Under the pieces are notes generated by a model. The model was given only the letters and a program-made list of their open reading frames with translations. It ran no database searches and was not told the origin of the DNA. Source: Candidatus Gottesmanbacteria bacterium (lineage in GTDB: Bacteria; Patescibacteriota; Microgenomatia; UBA10105; UBA927). From it: a stretch of 64,000 nucleotides of DNA. Location: assembly GCA_023245355.1 (NCBI GenBank), contig JAHFKN010000001.1:139528-203527 (forward strand). The letters run 5' to 3'. Below are positions 27,616-39,527 of the stretch, piece after piece (the first letter of the stretch is position 1; each line of letters opens with the position of its first letter). A program made the position numbers and the translations under genes.

Positions 27616-30165
27616 GTGATACGTACGCCTCATCTATCCAGCGCCGAAGCTGCGCGCAGACTTGAAACGCACGGACCAAACGTTTTGGCCGAAACATCCT
27701 CTCACCCGCCGATTAAAATTTTTATCGGGCAGTTCCAAAGCGTGTTGGTTATCATGCTGCTGGCTGCGACGGTCCTTTCTTTTTTCCTCGGCGATTCGCT
27801 TGACGGAATTCTGATTCTGGCCATCGTATTTCTGAACGCATTGCTCGGATTTGCACAGGAATTTAAAGCGGAAAAAGCGTTGTCTGCTCTCAAACAAATG
27901 ACAACGGGAATCGTAAAAGTACTTCGCGACGGAATCACCATTGAATTACCCAGCACGCAACTGGTTCCCGGTGACCTTATATTCTTAGAAGAAGGAGACA
28001 AAGTACCTGCAGACGCCAAGCTTGCAGAAGCGCTCCACATAGAAATCAACGAAGCGGCCTTGACGGGCGAATCGCTGCCTGTCGAAAAAAATACCGGCAC
28101 GGAATCCGACATATACATGGGCACGATCGTGACCCGAGGCCGGGCCACGGCTGTCGTCACCAAGACCGGCATGCAGACCAAATTCGGTTCCATAGCAGCC
28201 AAACTCGGTGAAATAAAAGACGAGGAAACACCGCTCGAGAAAAAAATGGCCAAACTCGGGGGACAACTGGGTGTCGTCGCGCTGTCTGCCGCATCCGTCA
28301 TATTCGGCTTGGGATTTATCCGTCACGACCCGCTGTTTGAATCACTGCTTACCGCTATCGGACTTGCGGTTGCCGCGGTTCCCGAAGGACTGCCGGCTGT
28401 CGTGACCATTACCCTTGCTGTGGGCACGCAGCGTATGGCCAAACAGCGCTCCATACTGCGTAAACTCTCCGCCATAGAATCATTAGGCAGTGTCACTGTG
28501 ATTGCAACGGACAAAACAGGCACCCTTACCCAAAACGATATGCGGGTGACGGACGTATGGTTTGGCGGTACATCATACAAACCACAGGCTCTTATTTCCA
28601 ACAAACACAGGAATCTCACGCAACTAGTCGATATCGGCGTATTGTGCAACAACGCAAGCATCTCCCGCGCATTTGGGGAAGGTATGCCCTCGGTCATCGG
28701 AGACAAAACAGAGGGCTCACTGCTGCTTTTGGCTCATGCGCTCAATATTTCCATAGACGATCTGCGTTCTGAGGGTAAACTGGCAGAGGAATTTGCATTT
28801 ACATCGCTTCTTAAGATGATGACGGTTGTATGGAAAACCGGCGCCAAAACGACGGTTCTCACCAAGGGCGCTCCGGAGGCAATTCTCTCGGTCTGCGATC
28901 AGATGATGTTGGGCAACAAAACCGTGACACTCACGGAAGCCAGCCGCAAAAAAATCGAATCTGCGTTCCGTTCGTTTGCCGCAAGAGGTCTTAGGATGAT
29001 CGCGTTTGCAACCCGCGATATAGCGTGGAAAAACCAGTCTCGCGAGACAGTGGAATCCGGCCTTACGTTTGTAGGATTTGTCGGTATCGCCGATCCCCCC
29101 CGGAAAGAAATCAACCACGCAGTAGCACTGGCCAAACGTGCCGGCATCATCACCATCATGATCACCGGAGACAATGAGCTCACCGCGCAGGCCATAGGCG
29201 CCGAAGTCGGCATATTAGAAAAGGGCAACGAAGTGCTGACGGGCGCACAGCTGGAATCCCTTTCTGATAAGGAAGCGATTCGGGCGTTAGGAAAAACCCG
29301 CATTTTTGCCCGTACGACTCCGGAGCAGAAATACCGCATCGTATCGCTGCTGCAGCAGATGGGTCATATCGTCGCCGTCACCGGCGACGGAGTCAATGAC
29401 GCATTAGCTCTCAAGCAGGCAGACGTCGGGGTTGCCATGGGCATGGCCGGCACGGATGTAGCCAAAGAAGCATCAGACATGATTATTACCGACGATAACT
29501 ATGCGTCATTGGTCGTGGCCATAGAAGAAGGACGGACAATTTTTGACAACATCAAATCCACGACAAAATATTTAATCGGATGCAATTTGGGCGAAATCGG
29601 CGCAATCACAGGCGGCGTCCTGTTGGGGTGGCCGTTTATTCTGAGCCCGCTCCATATCCTGTATGTCAATCTGGCAACAGACAGTCTGCCGGCGATAGGA
29701 CTTGCTCTCACGCCCAAACAGGGAGACATCATGGCGCGGAACCCGAGAACCGAAACGACGATATTTAACACGCATGACGTGCTTTGGTTTATCGAGGTAG
29801 GAGCGCTCACGATGCTGGCAACACTCATTTCTTTTGTCATCGGATCACAATACGATGTCACCTTGGGGCGTACGCTCGCTTTTCTGGCAATTATCCTCGC
29901 CCAGCAATATATCTTCTATGATATCGCCAGCCGGAATAATACGATTATGAAACTCTCAGTGCGTCAGTTTCCGTGGGCCATACTCCCTATCATCATCATG
30001 ATCATACAGATACTGCTTCTTGAGGTGCCGTTATTCCAGCATATATTTACCCTCGAGGCTCCCCCGATCATATTCTCTGTTTTGAGTGTGGGCATTACCA
30101 GCGCACTGCTGGTCGTTTCGGAACTGCGGAAAAAATATGGACGGCATCTGTATTATCATCACTGA
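27616..30165 (+). CDS. Cation-transporting P-type ATPase (type II, Ca2+/Mg2+-like)
   Basis: Phosphorylation site [12 protein letters not shown]; TGES; hinge [21 protein letters not shown]. 849 aa with 10 TM segments. Confidence 0.9.
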   Translation: MIRTPHLSSAEAARRLETHGPNVLAETSSHPPIKIFIGQFQSVLVIMLLAATVLSFFLGDSLDGILILAIVFLNALLGFAQEFKAEKALSALKQMTTGIVKVLRDGITIELPSTQLVPGDLIFLEEGDKVPADAKLAEALHIEINEAALTGESLPVEKNTGTESDIYMGTIVTRGRATAVVTKTGMQTKFGSIAAKLGEIKDEETPLEKKMAKLGGQLGVVALSAASVIFGLGFIRHDPLFESLLTAIGLAVAAVPEGLPAVVTITLAVGTQRMAKQRSILRKLSAIESLGSVTVIATDKTGTLTQNDMRVTDVWFGGTSYKPQALISNKHRNLTQLVDIGVLCNNASISRAFGEGMPSVIGDKTEGSLLLLAHALNISIDDLRSEGKLAEEFAFTSLLKMMTVVWKTGAKTTVLTKGAPEAILSVCDQMMLGNKTVTLTEASRKKIESAFRSFAARGLRMIAFATRDIAWKNQSRETVESGLTFVGFVGIADPPRKEINHAVALAKRAGIITIMITGDNELTAQAIGAEVGILEKGNEVLTGAQLESLSDKEAIRALGKTRIFARTTPEQKYRIVSLLQQMGHIVAVTGDGVNDALALKQADVGVAMGMAGTDVAKEASDMIITDDNYASLVVAIEEGRTIFDNIKSTTKYLIGCNLGEIGAITGGVLLGWPFILSPLHILYVNLATDSLPAIGLALTPKQGDIMARNPRTETTIFNTHDVLWFIEVGALTMLATLISFVIGSQYDVTLGRTLAFLAIILAQQYIFYDIASRNNTIMKLSVRQFPWAILPIIIMIIQILLLEVPLFQHIFTLEAPPIIFSVLSVGITSALLVVSELRKKYGRHLYYHH

Positions 30166-30209
30166 TGAATACATGTCTCTGTTGATGTCGTGATGTATAA
30201 TACAGTCAA

Positions 30210-30797
30210 TTGATTATGGACAGGAAAAAAATTATTTATATAGTAGCCGGCATTATTGCCATACTTCTGATCGCGTTCGGCGCATTTATGTTCGGTAAGA
30301 AACAATCAGGCACCGGCACTGCGGCAGAAACGACACCGACACCCACCATAGAAACAAGCCTTATGCCCACACTGGATATTTCCGCGTCACCGTCAATTAC
30401 TCCGACGAAATCCGTTACGACCACACCGACAAAAAAACCAACGGCTACTCCGTCTGTGACACCGACTCCCTCACCGACTCCTACACCCGGAGTTGTGAAT
30501 ATCGAAGCGACCGTCAGCCCGACAACAAGCAGCTCATGTACCCAAAAGTTTACCTTTACTGCCAAAATCTATACCAATGCGGCAGCCACCGTAAAATATA
30601 AGTGGGTACGAAGTGACAATGCCAGCTCTGCCGAACAGACGCTCACTTATACCGAAGCGGGCATGCAGACCGTTACAACGGAATGGACTCTGGGACAAGC
30701 TTCCGGTTCTACATATAACGGCTGGGAACGGATAGAAATCACCAGTCCGGGTTCAGCACTGGGCAACAAAGCAGAATATACTCTCTCCTGCCCGTAA
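30210..30797 (+). CDS. Membrane-anchored protein with Thr/Pro-rich linker and C-terminal globular domain
   Basis: N-terminal TM IIYIVAGIIAILLIAFGAFMF; linker TPTPTIETS...TPTKKPTATPSVTPTPSPTPTPG; C-terminal about 100 aa with 2 Cys. Confidence 0.5.
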   Translation: MIMDRKKIIYIVAGIIAILLIAFGAFMFGKKQSGTGTAAETTPTPTIETSLMPTLDISASPSITPTKSVTTTPTKKPTATPSVTPTPSPTPTPGVVNIEATVSPTTSSSCTQKFTFTAKIYTNAAATVKYKWVRSDNASSAEQTLTYTEAGMQTVTTEWTLGQASGSTYNGWERIEITSPGSALGNKAEYTLSCP

Positions 30798-30821
30798 CTG
30801 CGACAAAGGAATATCTACGAT

Positions 30822-31577
30822 ATGGCGGTCGAACGCATGCGGGCTACCATTGCGCGCACCTTGCCGGAGCGGATGTTTGATATCCGCATGTCCGATTCCT
30901 CACGGGAAAAACTTCAGGATCTCAATCATATACTCCGGGAAAATCCTGCATGGAATGTCATTTTATATTTTAACCATCTGGCATACGGCGATCCCGGCGT
31001 CTGGTCGCATATTGCGCGCACGATCGATCCGGATGCCAGCCGTATCGCCGCCGTCCTCGCTTCGAAGTATCACACCACGTTCCGGAATAACCCTCCCTTT
31101 GCCATAGCAGCGCGGTTGGGCGATATGCTTACCGGAATCCACGTCATTCCGACTATCCAGTCCTACATGGTTGATGACCCCAGATATGGATTTACGGATT
31201 TGGACGCGAAGAAAAATCTAAAGCAGATCATACATACCATCGACAGATACAGGAAGCGAAAGCCACTCATGCTGCTGATTGCTCCCGAGGGGCACCGAAG
31301 CGATGACGGGTCGTTAGGCCCCGCAGAACGCGGCGTGGTATCGTTTAGCTCCATGCTGGCTCCCGTACTGCTGGTTCCGACAGGTGTCTATTATGAAGGC
31401 GATTTCCGAAGAAGCGGCATCAACACCCGCTCACGGAAGCACCCCGTCATCGCGCATGCCGAGGTAGGAGAGCCGCTGTTTCAGGAACGGCGCCAGCACC
31501 GTTTGCCGCTGGAAACCATGATGCAGCATCTGGCCCGCACGCTCCCCAGGGAGCTCCGCGGAGACTGGACGGGCTGA
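30822..31577 (+). CDS. Lysophospholipid/glycerol-3-phosphate acyltransferase family protein
   Basis: HX4D motif FNHLAYGDPG and PEG motif IAPEGHRS. Confidence 0.5.
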   Translation: MAVERMRATIARTLPERMFDIRMSDSSREKLQDLNHILRENPAWNVILYFNHLAYGDPGVWSHIARTIDPDASRIAAVLASKYHTTFRNNPPFAIAARLGDMLTGIHVIPTIQSYMVDDPRYGFTDLDAKKNLKQIIHTIDRYRKRKPLMLLIAPEGHRSDDGSLGPAERGVVSFSSMLAPVLLVPTGVYYEGDFRRSGINTRSRKHPVIAHAEVGEPLFQERRQHRLPLETMMQHLARTLPRELRGDWTG

Positions 31578-31630
31578 TATGAGACGCCCATATGGCTCGC
31601 AACCTGCTTCTTTGATATAATTCCTCTACG

Positions 31631-31701
31631 GGCCTGTAGCTCAACGGTAGAGCAGTAGCCTTTTAAGCTATTGGTTCTGGGTTCGAATCCCAGCGGGCTC
31701 A
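31631..31701 (+). tRNA. tRNA-Lys (anticodon UUU)
   Basis: GGGCCTGTAGCTCAACGGTAGAGCAGTAGCCTTTTAAGCTATTGGTTCTGGGTTCGAATCCCAGCGGGCTCA. Anticodon loop CUUUUAA; T-loop GGTTCGAATCC. Confidence 0.85.
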
Positions 31702-31736
31702 CATACGTTCATGATAAAATAGTACACGGTTGTCAT

Positions 31737-31964
31737 ATGAAAACCTTTATCCTTGTACTTTTCTTCTTAATCCTGGGAATTACTATTGGATTCATGCTCG
31801 GGAAATCAAATTACCAGATTCCGAACATTCTGCCCCTTTCCTGCTCGTTTAACAACAAGACATATAAACACGGAGAATCGTTCCGGGACGACTGTAACAC
31901 CTGCAGCTGCCAAAACGGACAGGTAGCATGCACCATGATGGCCTGCGGCGTACGCCCGCTGTAA
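31737..31964 (+). CDS. Small secreted cysteine-rich protein with VWC (von Willebrand factor type C)-like spacing
   Basis: Signal/TM MKTFILVLFFLILGITIGFML, then CSFNNKTYKHGESFRDDCNTCSCQNGQVACTMMAC (C..G..Y..GE.F...C..C.C..G.V.C....C). The track ORF begins inside the tRNA and was trimmed to the Met at 31737. Confidence 0.45.
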   Translation: MKTFILVLFFLILGITIGFMLGKSNYQIPNILPLSCSFNNKTYKHGESFRDDCNTCSCQNGQVACTMMACGVRPL

Positions 31965-31965
31965 T

Positions 31966-32601
31966 ATGACCACGCAAGACAAAGCACTGGAGATTTTACG
32001 CCGGCTCTCCAAAGCCACGCCGCATCCGAAAGTAGAATTACACTTTTCAACTCCGTTTGAGCTGCTGGTTGCAACCATGCTCGCCGCCCAATGCACGGAT
32101 AAACTGGTCAATACGGTCACTCCCAAACTATTTGCGACATACAAAACCATACAGGATGTTGCCGATGCAACTCCTGAGGACATTGACCGCCTGATTCTCA
32201 AAATCAATTTTCATGCCAATAAAGCAAAAAATATCCGGGCCGCGGCAGCCATGATTATGGACACCTATCACGGGAAAGTGCCCCAAACCATGGAAGAACT
32301 TGACGCGCTGCCCGGGGTAGCAAGAAAAACTGCAAACGTCGTATTGGGAAGCGCGTTCGGCATCGCGTCAGGAATCGTTATCGATACCCACGGCATCCGC
32401 CTATCCAACAAACTCGGGCTTACGAAGGAGAAAGACCCCGTCAAAATCGAACAGAACCTGATGAAGCTAATACCCAAAGATAAATGGATAGACTTCGGGC
32501 ACCTGCTCACGCTCCACGGCAGGTACATATGCACGGCGCGTCCGCATACATGTACGGATTGTCCCTTGGGCGATCTCTGCCCGGAATATCCGTGGACGTA
32601 G
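31966..32601 (+). CDS. nth: Endonuclease III (DNA glycosylase/AP lyase)
   Basis: HhH-GPD fold LPGVARKTANVV; catalytic Lys/Asp region; C-terminal 4Fe-4S CTARPHTCTDCPLGDLC. Confidence 0.85.
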   Translation: MTTQDKALEILRRLSKATPHPKVELHFSTPFELLVATMLAAQCTDKLVNTVTPKLFATYKTIQDVADATPEDIDRLILKINFHANKAKNIRAAAAMIMDTYHGKVPQTMEELDALPGVARKTANVVLGSAFGIASGIVIDTHGIRLSNKLGLTKEKDPVKIEQNLMKLIPKDKWIDFGHLLTLHGRYICTARPHTCTDCPLGDLCPEYPWT

Positions 32602-32662
32602 GAGAGAAACCGCGCCGGCTTCTAACAAGCACAAACCATACGCTCTTTGCTATAATACATAT

Positions 32663-32968
32663 ATGAAGGGATTTATAGATTTTATCCGTGAACAAGGAGT
32701 CATAGGGCTTGCCGTAGGGTTTATCCTGGGAGGTGCGATCACGTCGCTGGTCAAAGCATTTATCGCAGATATCATAAGTCCGCTTCTGGCGATCGGAATG
32801 AGCAATTTAAGCACGCTTACCGAAGCCTATATACAGATCGGCTCTGCAAAAATTATGTGGGGTAGTTTTATAAACGATCTTATCAACTTCCTCGTCATGG
32901 CATTTATCGTCTACTTCGGGGTTAAAATCCTCAAACTCGACAAGCTCGACAAGAAAAAGGACGGCTGA
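32663..32968 (+). CDS. mscL: Large-conductance mechanosensitive channel
   Basis: MKGFIDFIREQGVIGLAVGFILGGA, the canonical MscL N-terminus and TM1. 101 aa. Confidence 0.85.
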   Translation: MKGFIDFIREQGVIGLAVGFILGGAITSLVKAFIADIISPLLAIGMSNLSTLTEAYIQIGSAKIMWGSFINDLINFLVMAFIVYFGVKILKLDKLDKKKDG

Positions 32969-32991
32969 AGAAAGAGAACCGGACGGACGTT

Positions 32992-33681
32992 ATGCTCTTC
33001 AAAAAGAGATTTAATAAATTTGCAGACAAACGGGGTACGTGGTTTCTTCGGAAGCTGGAAGACGCACTCGTCGTTAAAATACTTCCCTTTTTGCCCCCCT
33101 GGCTGGAAACCTATCACCTGACGCTTGCTACCCTGTTCTGGATAGTACTTATCATCATCGGCGGGTACTTCGCCACGGAAAACATGAACTACCTTTGGAT
33201 CATGTCTCTGGGCGTCATGGGCCAATACGTGACCGACCGGCTCGACGGTGAAGTCGGCCGCAAACGCGATACCGGGCTGATCAAATGGGGATTTTATATG
33301 GACCATTTCCTCGATTACCTGTTTTTGTGCTCCATCGTTATCAGCTACTGGTTCCTCACACCCTACGAGTACAAATATATTCTGTTTGTCGTTCTGGCGA
33401 TAAGCGCGGCGTATTTCGTGCATACTATCCTGTATTTCGGCGTGACCGGCCAGTTTGAAATAGCCAGAGAAGGATTCGGACCTTCTGAATTCCGCATTAT
33501 GGTGATTGCCATAAACAGCATGCTTATTTATCTGGACCGCATTATTTTTGTCCCGATGCTGCTTACGTTTTTGAGCGCAAATATCCTGTATCTTATCGTC
33601 AGCATATACAGGGCGCAGCAAACCATATGGGAGATTGATATGACGGCAAAACACAAACTGGTCAAGAAGTTACCCAACTGA
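32992..33681 (+). CDS. CDP-alcohol phosphatidyltransferase family protein
   Basis: DRLDGEVGRKRDTGLIKWGFYMDHFLD fits D(x)2DG(x)2(A/G)R(x)8G(x)3G(x)3D. Multi-TM. Confidence 0.55.
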   Translation: MLFKKRFNKFADKRGTWFLRKLEDALVVKILPFLPPWLETYHLTLATLFWIVLIIIGGYFATENMNYLWIMSLGVMGQYVTDRLDGEVGRKRDTGLIKWGFYMDHFLDYLFLCSIVISYWFLTPYEYKYILFVVLAISAAYFVHTILYFGVTGQFEIAREGFGPSEFRIMVIAINSMLIYLDRIIFVPMLLTFLSANILYLIVSIYRAQQTIWEIDMTAKHKLVKKLPN

Positions 33682-34071
33682 TCATGAGGTCACACTGACG
33701 AGATGCGTAAGCTTGGTTACGGCATACGAAACCGGATCCAGCATGATAGCCACGACATCGATACGCATATCCGGATTCCGTTCGGGATGAAGTAATACAT
33801 AATACTGCGCCGTTTGTATGACATCACGCAGCTTCCCGGGGGTGACGGACAATTCCGGACTTCCGAACGATGCAGTACATCTGGTTTTTACTTCTACAAA
33901 TACCAGCGTGTTACCGTCACGGGCGACAATATCTATCTCGCCGTAGCGTGCTTTGAAATTACGTTCAAGAATGCGGAAATGTTTTGAGAGGAGATACGAG
34001 GCGGCTGCCTGCTCGCCTATAGATCCGACCTTACTTTTTGGCGGGCTGGACTTGGACTGCTTCTGAGACAC
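33682..34071 (-). CDS. YraN-family (UPF0102) endonuclease-like protein
   Basis: [46 protein letters not shown]. Confidence 0.75.
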   Translation of the reverse strand: MSQKQSKSSPPKSKVGSIGEQAAASYLLSKHFRILERNFKARYGEIDIVARDGNTLVFVEVKTRCTASFGSPELSVTPGKLRDVIQTAQYYVLLHPERNPDMRIDVVAIMLDPVSYAVTKLTHLVSVTS

Positions 34072-34444
34072 GACTGGCCTCTTTTCCTATCTTGCCGCGC
34101 AGGTAATACAGTTTTGCGCGCCGGACGACTCCGTGCTTTTTTATTTCGATCTTGCGGATCCACGGAGATACAAGCGGGAAAATGCGCTCAATACCGATTG
34201 CCGCGGCACCGATTTTACGTACCGTAAACATGGCGTTTGCGCCGCTTCCTTTGACTGCGATCACGATTCCCTCAAAAATCTGGATACGTTCGCGTGTTTC
34301 TTCTTTTACTTCGCGCTTGGTTTTCCCTGCGACTTTTTCCTTTTCGATAAGTTTGTAGTGCACGCGCACCGTATCGCCGACATGCATGTCGACGCTCAGT
34401 TCCTTGTCCCCGTCTTTTCCTGTCCAAACAATGTGATTAGCCAT
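34031..34444 (-). CDS. rplS: 50S ribosomal protein L19
   Basis: [40 protein letters not shown]. Confidence 0.9.
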   Translation of the reverse strand: MANHIVWTGKDGDKELSVDMHVGDTVRVHYKLIEKEKVAGKTKREVKEETRERIQIFEGIVIAVKGSGANAMFTVRKIGAAAIGIERIFPLVSPWIRKIEIKKHGVVRRAKLYYLRGKIGKEASRVSEAVQVQPAKK

Positions 34445-34462
34445 ATATTGCGTGTAAGAGGC

Positions 34463-36145
34463 TTATTTTATCATTCCGGAGAGCTTGATACAAGCACGGA
34501 CATAGGTGATGAACAACGGGTGCGGTACAAGCGGACTGGACCGGTACTCAGGATGATACTGGGTTCCCAGGAAATACGGGTGTGCACTGGCGGGCAGTTC
34601 CACGATCTCTGCCAGATTCTCGACCGTTGACCGGCCGGAGAAGACAAGCCCTTTATCTTCCAGCTGCTTGGTAAACGCATCGTTAAATTCGTACCGGTGG
34701 CGGTGGCGTTCCCAGACCGTTTTGGTTCCCGGATCCGAATACCCCTGGTTAGAAAGATAACTTTGATCAGCGAGCGATCCTTCTTTTACCTTGCATTCCC
34801 AGCGCCCGAGCCGCATGGTGCCTCCGTAGGCGCGGCGTTTCTGATTTTCTTCCTGCATGGGATTCATATGGATGACGGGAAACGGCGTTTTCTCGTCACA
34901 TTCCGTCGTATTTGCGTCTTTGAGACCCAGGACATTACGTGCGTATTCGACAACAGCCAGCTGCATGCCGTAGCAAAGCCCGAGATACGGGATTTTCTGC
35001 TCGCGTGCGTACCGGATAGCTTCCAGCATTCCCTCAACTCCTCTGGGTCCCCAGCCGATCGGTACGATGACGCCCGACACTCCGAAAAGCAGTGACTCGG
35101 CCGATGCACCTTTTTCGATTTTTTCGGAATTCACCCAGCGGGTTTTGACCGTCACTCCCTCATTCCAGCCGGCATGATCGAGCGCGTCCATAAGAGCCGC
35201 GTATGAATCCCTAAGTTCGTAGTCTCCTGTGCCGAAATATTTTCCTACGATGGCAACCTCGATGACTTTCTTTTTGCTCGCTTTTGCCCGTTCCAGCATG
35301 GAAGTCCAGTCACCCATCTGAGGCGGACGGTCGGGGAGACCAAACAGGGCCAGAATCTTTTGTGCAAATCCCTGCTCCTCGAGCGTCTGGGGTACAATAT
35401 ACGGCGTTGATTCATCCGGATTATTGATCACGTTTTCCGGCGCGACGTTGCAGAACATCGCTAAACGCTCCCGCCTGCGGATATCTATGGCTTTTTCCCC
35501 TCTGCATACGATGAAATCCGGCTGTATCCCCATAGAGAGCAGGAATTTCACTGAAAGCTGCGTGGGCTTGGTTTTGGGTTCACCCAAATGGTGCGGAGTC
35601 GGCAGGTAACTTACGTGCACATGCACGACCGGCGCCTTTTTAACGGTTTTTAATATCCTCGATGCTTCATAATACAGCATGTTCTGGTACTCGCCTGCTG
35701 TGCCTCCGAGCTCAATCACGACAATCTCCGCATCGTCTTTTTTGGCAGCGATTTCAATCCGGCCTAAAATCTCATCGGTAATATGCGGAATTGCCTCCAC
35801 ATCCTCGCCTTTATACTCAAAGTTCCGTTCGCGGCCGATCACTGCCGAATAGATCTGCCCCATCGTGACGAAATTATGGCGGTGCACGTTTTTGCCCAGG
35901 AATTTTTCGTACGTGCCCATATCCATATCTGCTTCCGTGCCGTCATCGCACAGGAACGGATCGCCGTGTTCAATGGGATTGATAAGTCCTGAATCTACGT
36001 TTAAGTAATTTTCAAACTTTATGGGGGTGACTTTATATCCTCTTGCCTGAAGAAGTAATCCGATGGAGGCTGCGGTAATGCCCTTTCCTAATCCCGATAG
36101 CACGCCCCCCGAAACGAATATATACTTGGTTTCTGTAAGGTGCAT
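34463..36145 (-). CDS. pyrG: CTP synthase
   Basis: N-terminal KYIFVSGGVLSGLGKGITAASIG; C-terminal GATase with GLCYGMQL. Confidence 0.95.
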   Translation of the reverse strand: MHLTETKYIFVSGGVLSGLGKGITAASIGLLLQARGYKVTPIKFENYLNVDSGLINPIEHGDPFLCDDGTEADMDMGTYEKFLGKNVHRHNFVTMGQIYSAVIGRERNFEYKGEDVEAIPHITDEILGRIEIAAKKDDAEIVVIELGGTAGEYQNMLYYEASRILKTVKKAPVVHVHVSYLPTPHHLGEPKTKPTQLSVKFLLSMGIQPDFIVCRGEKAIDIRRRERLAMFCNVAPENVINNPDESTPYIVPQTLEEQGFAQKILALFGLPDRPPQMGDWTSMLERAKASKKKVIEVAIVGKYFGTGDYELRDSYAALMDALDHAGWNEGVTVKTRWVNSEKIEKGASAESLLFGVSGVIVPIGWGPRGVEGMLEAIRYAREQKIPYLGLCYGMQLAVVEYARNVLGLKDANTTECDEKTPFPVIHMNPMQEENQKRRAYGGTMRLGRWECKVKEGSLADQSYLSNQGYSDPGTKTVWERHRHRYEFNDAFTKQLEDKGLVFSGRSTVENLAEIVELPASAHPYFLGTQYHPEYRSSPLVPHPLFITYVRACIKLSGMIK

Positions 36146-36224
36146 GGTTTAAGATACCAAAAAATAACCTCCCCGTCAACCCTACTTTCAGATGAAATGA
36201 AACAGGGAATGTTGGTATGTATAT

Positions 36225-36740
36225 TCAATTTTTGCTTGTTCTGACGCGCTTACCTGACTTCCTGGGTTTCCCGGTTGCTGACGCTTTTTTTCCTCCGAAA
36301 TTCTTCCGGAACAGCGAGTAAAAAATGTCCCCTTTGGTAATCACACCGACGACCTGATCGTCGTCGTTTAACACGGGCAACTGGTCCACGTGACGCACGA
36401 TCATACGGGAAAGTGCCCGCATAACCAGCGTGGATTCCCGCGCGAAAATCACAAGTCTGCACATGATATCTTTCGCTTTTACGGGAGCCATTTCGCGAAT
36501 CCTATCTTCCATCGCCTCAAAATCCTGAGGGGTCTCCAGATAATCCATAACGTCCTGATATTTGGGATACAGCCGCTCCAACACGTCTTTACGGGTCACG
36601 ATGCCCACAAGTTTACCTGAACCGTCTACGACCGGAAGCGTATGAATATGCGTGGAAAAAATCTTTTTACAGAGGTCACGATATGTAGTATCTGGGGTTA
36701 CCGTCATTACAGCTCTGGACATGATTTCCGAAACTGTCAT
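36225..36740 (-). CDS. CBS-domain pair protein
   Basis: Two CBS repeats (VMTVTPDTTYRDL..HTLPVVD; IMCRLVIFARES..DQLPVLN). Confidence 0.7.
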   Translation of the reverse strand: MTVSEIMSRAVMTVTPDTTYRDLCKKIFSTHIHTLPVVDGSGKLVGIVTRKDVLERLYPKYQDVMDYLETPQDFEAMEDRIREMAPVKAKDIMCRLVIFARESTLVMRALSRMIVRHVDQLPVLNDDDQVVGVITKGDIFYSLFRKNFGGKKASATGKPRKSGKRVRTSKN

Positions 36741-36799
36741 AGATACGTTTTATGAAGTATACCACACGATAAAATACCGATGTCAATACGCGACGGGGA

Positions 36800-37228
36800 T
36801 TACTGCGGACGGAACGGAGTGGCTTTACGCCTGCGCTTACTCACTTTGAGTTCCAGAAGTGAACGGTGGAGCACTGCTATAGCTGCTGCCAATTCCTCTC
36901 CTTTTGCCTTCCGGGCGATCAGGGATTTTGCTGACTCCATGGCTTTTTTGATCTCTGCTTCGTTGATCTCGTCAGCGTGGACGGCTCGGGATACGAGGAT
37001 AGACACCTCCCCTTTCGGGCGCACTTCCATAAATCCGCCGCCGATTGCCAGGAAAAATTCTTTGCCTGCTGATTTGATTTTGGCCTCCCCCGGCGCCAGC
37101 TGGGTGAATAACGGTTCGTGGTTAGCCAGCACCTCGATAGTGCCGTCCGGAGTCGGTACGGAAACCGATTCCACTTTTTCGGAAAACGCTTTCCGCTGCG
37201 GTGTGATGACCGAAAGAAGAAATTGCAT
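36800..37228 (-). CDS. atpC: F1Fo ATP synthase epsilon subunit
   Basis: VITPQRKAFSEKVESVSVPTPDGTIEVLANHEPL. Confidence 0.85.
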   Translation of the reverse strand: MQFLLSVITPQRKAFSEKVESVSVPTPDGTIEVLANHEPLFTQLAPGEAKIKSAGKEFFLAIGGGFMEVRPKGEVSILVSRAVHADEINEAEIKKAMESAKSLIARKAKGEELAAAIAVLHRSLLELKVSKRRRKATPFRPQ

Positions 37229-37230
37229 GG

Positions 37231-38652
<1,422 letters not shown>

Positions 38653-38661
38653 CTACATGAT

Positions 38662-39519
38662 TTACTCTACCGCAAGTCTCGCGGTCACCATGTCGGTAAT
38701 TTCATACGTAATCTTCTCCTGCCGCGCTTTATTGTACTGCAGGGTAAGGTCATCCTGTAAGGAATTGGCGTTATCCGTCGCATTGTGCATCGCGATCATA
38801 CGGGCAGAATGCTCCGCTGCTTCTGCCTGAAGCACTGCATCCCGGATCTGATTCTCCACATAATGAGGAAGCAGCGCATTAAATACTTCCTCGACGGACG
38901 GCTCAATTAAAAATTCATAGGACCCTTCGGTATCTGCTGCTGCAGCTTCCCCGCTGATCGTAAGCGGCAGGACGGTTTTTACCCTCGGAACCTGTTTGGA
39001 TACGGACAAAAATTCGTTGGATACCAAATCGACTGCATCGAATTCACCCGATAGAAATTGCTCGGTCAGATATTCGACAAGCGCCGGAACGACGCGCTCC
39101 CAGGGTGTCGTGTCGGAAAAATCCGCCCGCACGCCGTGGCCTAATCTGGTCACAAAGTCAGCGCCCTTTTTGCCTATCGAAACGACTTCATATTTCGCCC
39201 CTACAGCGTATTGTTTCATAAAAAACCGGAATAACGACGTGTTCAGACCTCCGCATAATCCTTTATTTGTCGAAAGCAGCACAACCAGCCGTTTACCTGT
39301 CGGACGCGGCGTCATCAGCAGCCTATGGCTTCTGAAATCCGTCCGTGACGCAAGTCGTGTCACCATTTCGAAAATTTTCTGTGCATACAGCTTGCCGGCC
39401 AGTGCAGCTGCCTGGGCTTTTTTCATCTTCGCGGCCGCCACCAATTCCATGGCTTTGGTAATCTGTGCGATATTTTTCGCACTTTTAATTCTCCGCTTGA
39501 TAAGACGAATATTTGCCAT
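38662..39519 (-). CDS. atpG: F1Fo ATP synthase gamma subunit
   Basis: N-terminal MANIRLIKRRIKSAKNIAQITKAMELVAAAKM; C-terminal ITYEITDMVTA. Confidence 0.9.
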   Translation of the reverse strand: MANIRLIKRRIKSAKNIAQITKAMELVAAAKMKKAQAAALAGKLYAQKIFEMVTRLASRTDFRSHRLLMTPRPTGKRLVVLLSTNKGLCGGLNTSLFRFFMKQYAVGAKYEVVSIGKKGADFVTRLGHGVRADFSDTTPWERVVPALVEYLTEQFLSGEFDAVDLVSNEFLSVSKQVPRVKTVLPLTISGEAAAADTEGSYEFLIEPSVEEVFNALLPHYVENQIRDAVLQAEAAEHSARMIAMHNATDNANSLQDDLTLQYNKARQEKITYEITDMVTARLAVE

Positions 39520-39527
39520 ACCACCTG

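Noticed and set aside
31671-31736. 5' part of ORF 31671-31964, which begins inside tRNA-Lys
   Set aside because: A start inside the tRNA gene is implausible; trimmed to the Met at 31737, which begins a signal peptide.
32911-33654. 247-aa minus-strand ORF
   Set aside because: Fully antisense to the CDP-alcohol phosphatidyltransferase-family gene, which has a clear motif and TM topology; no RBS or motif support.
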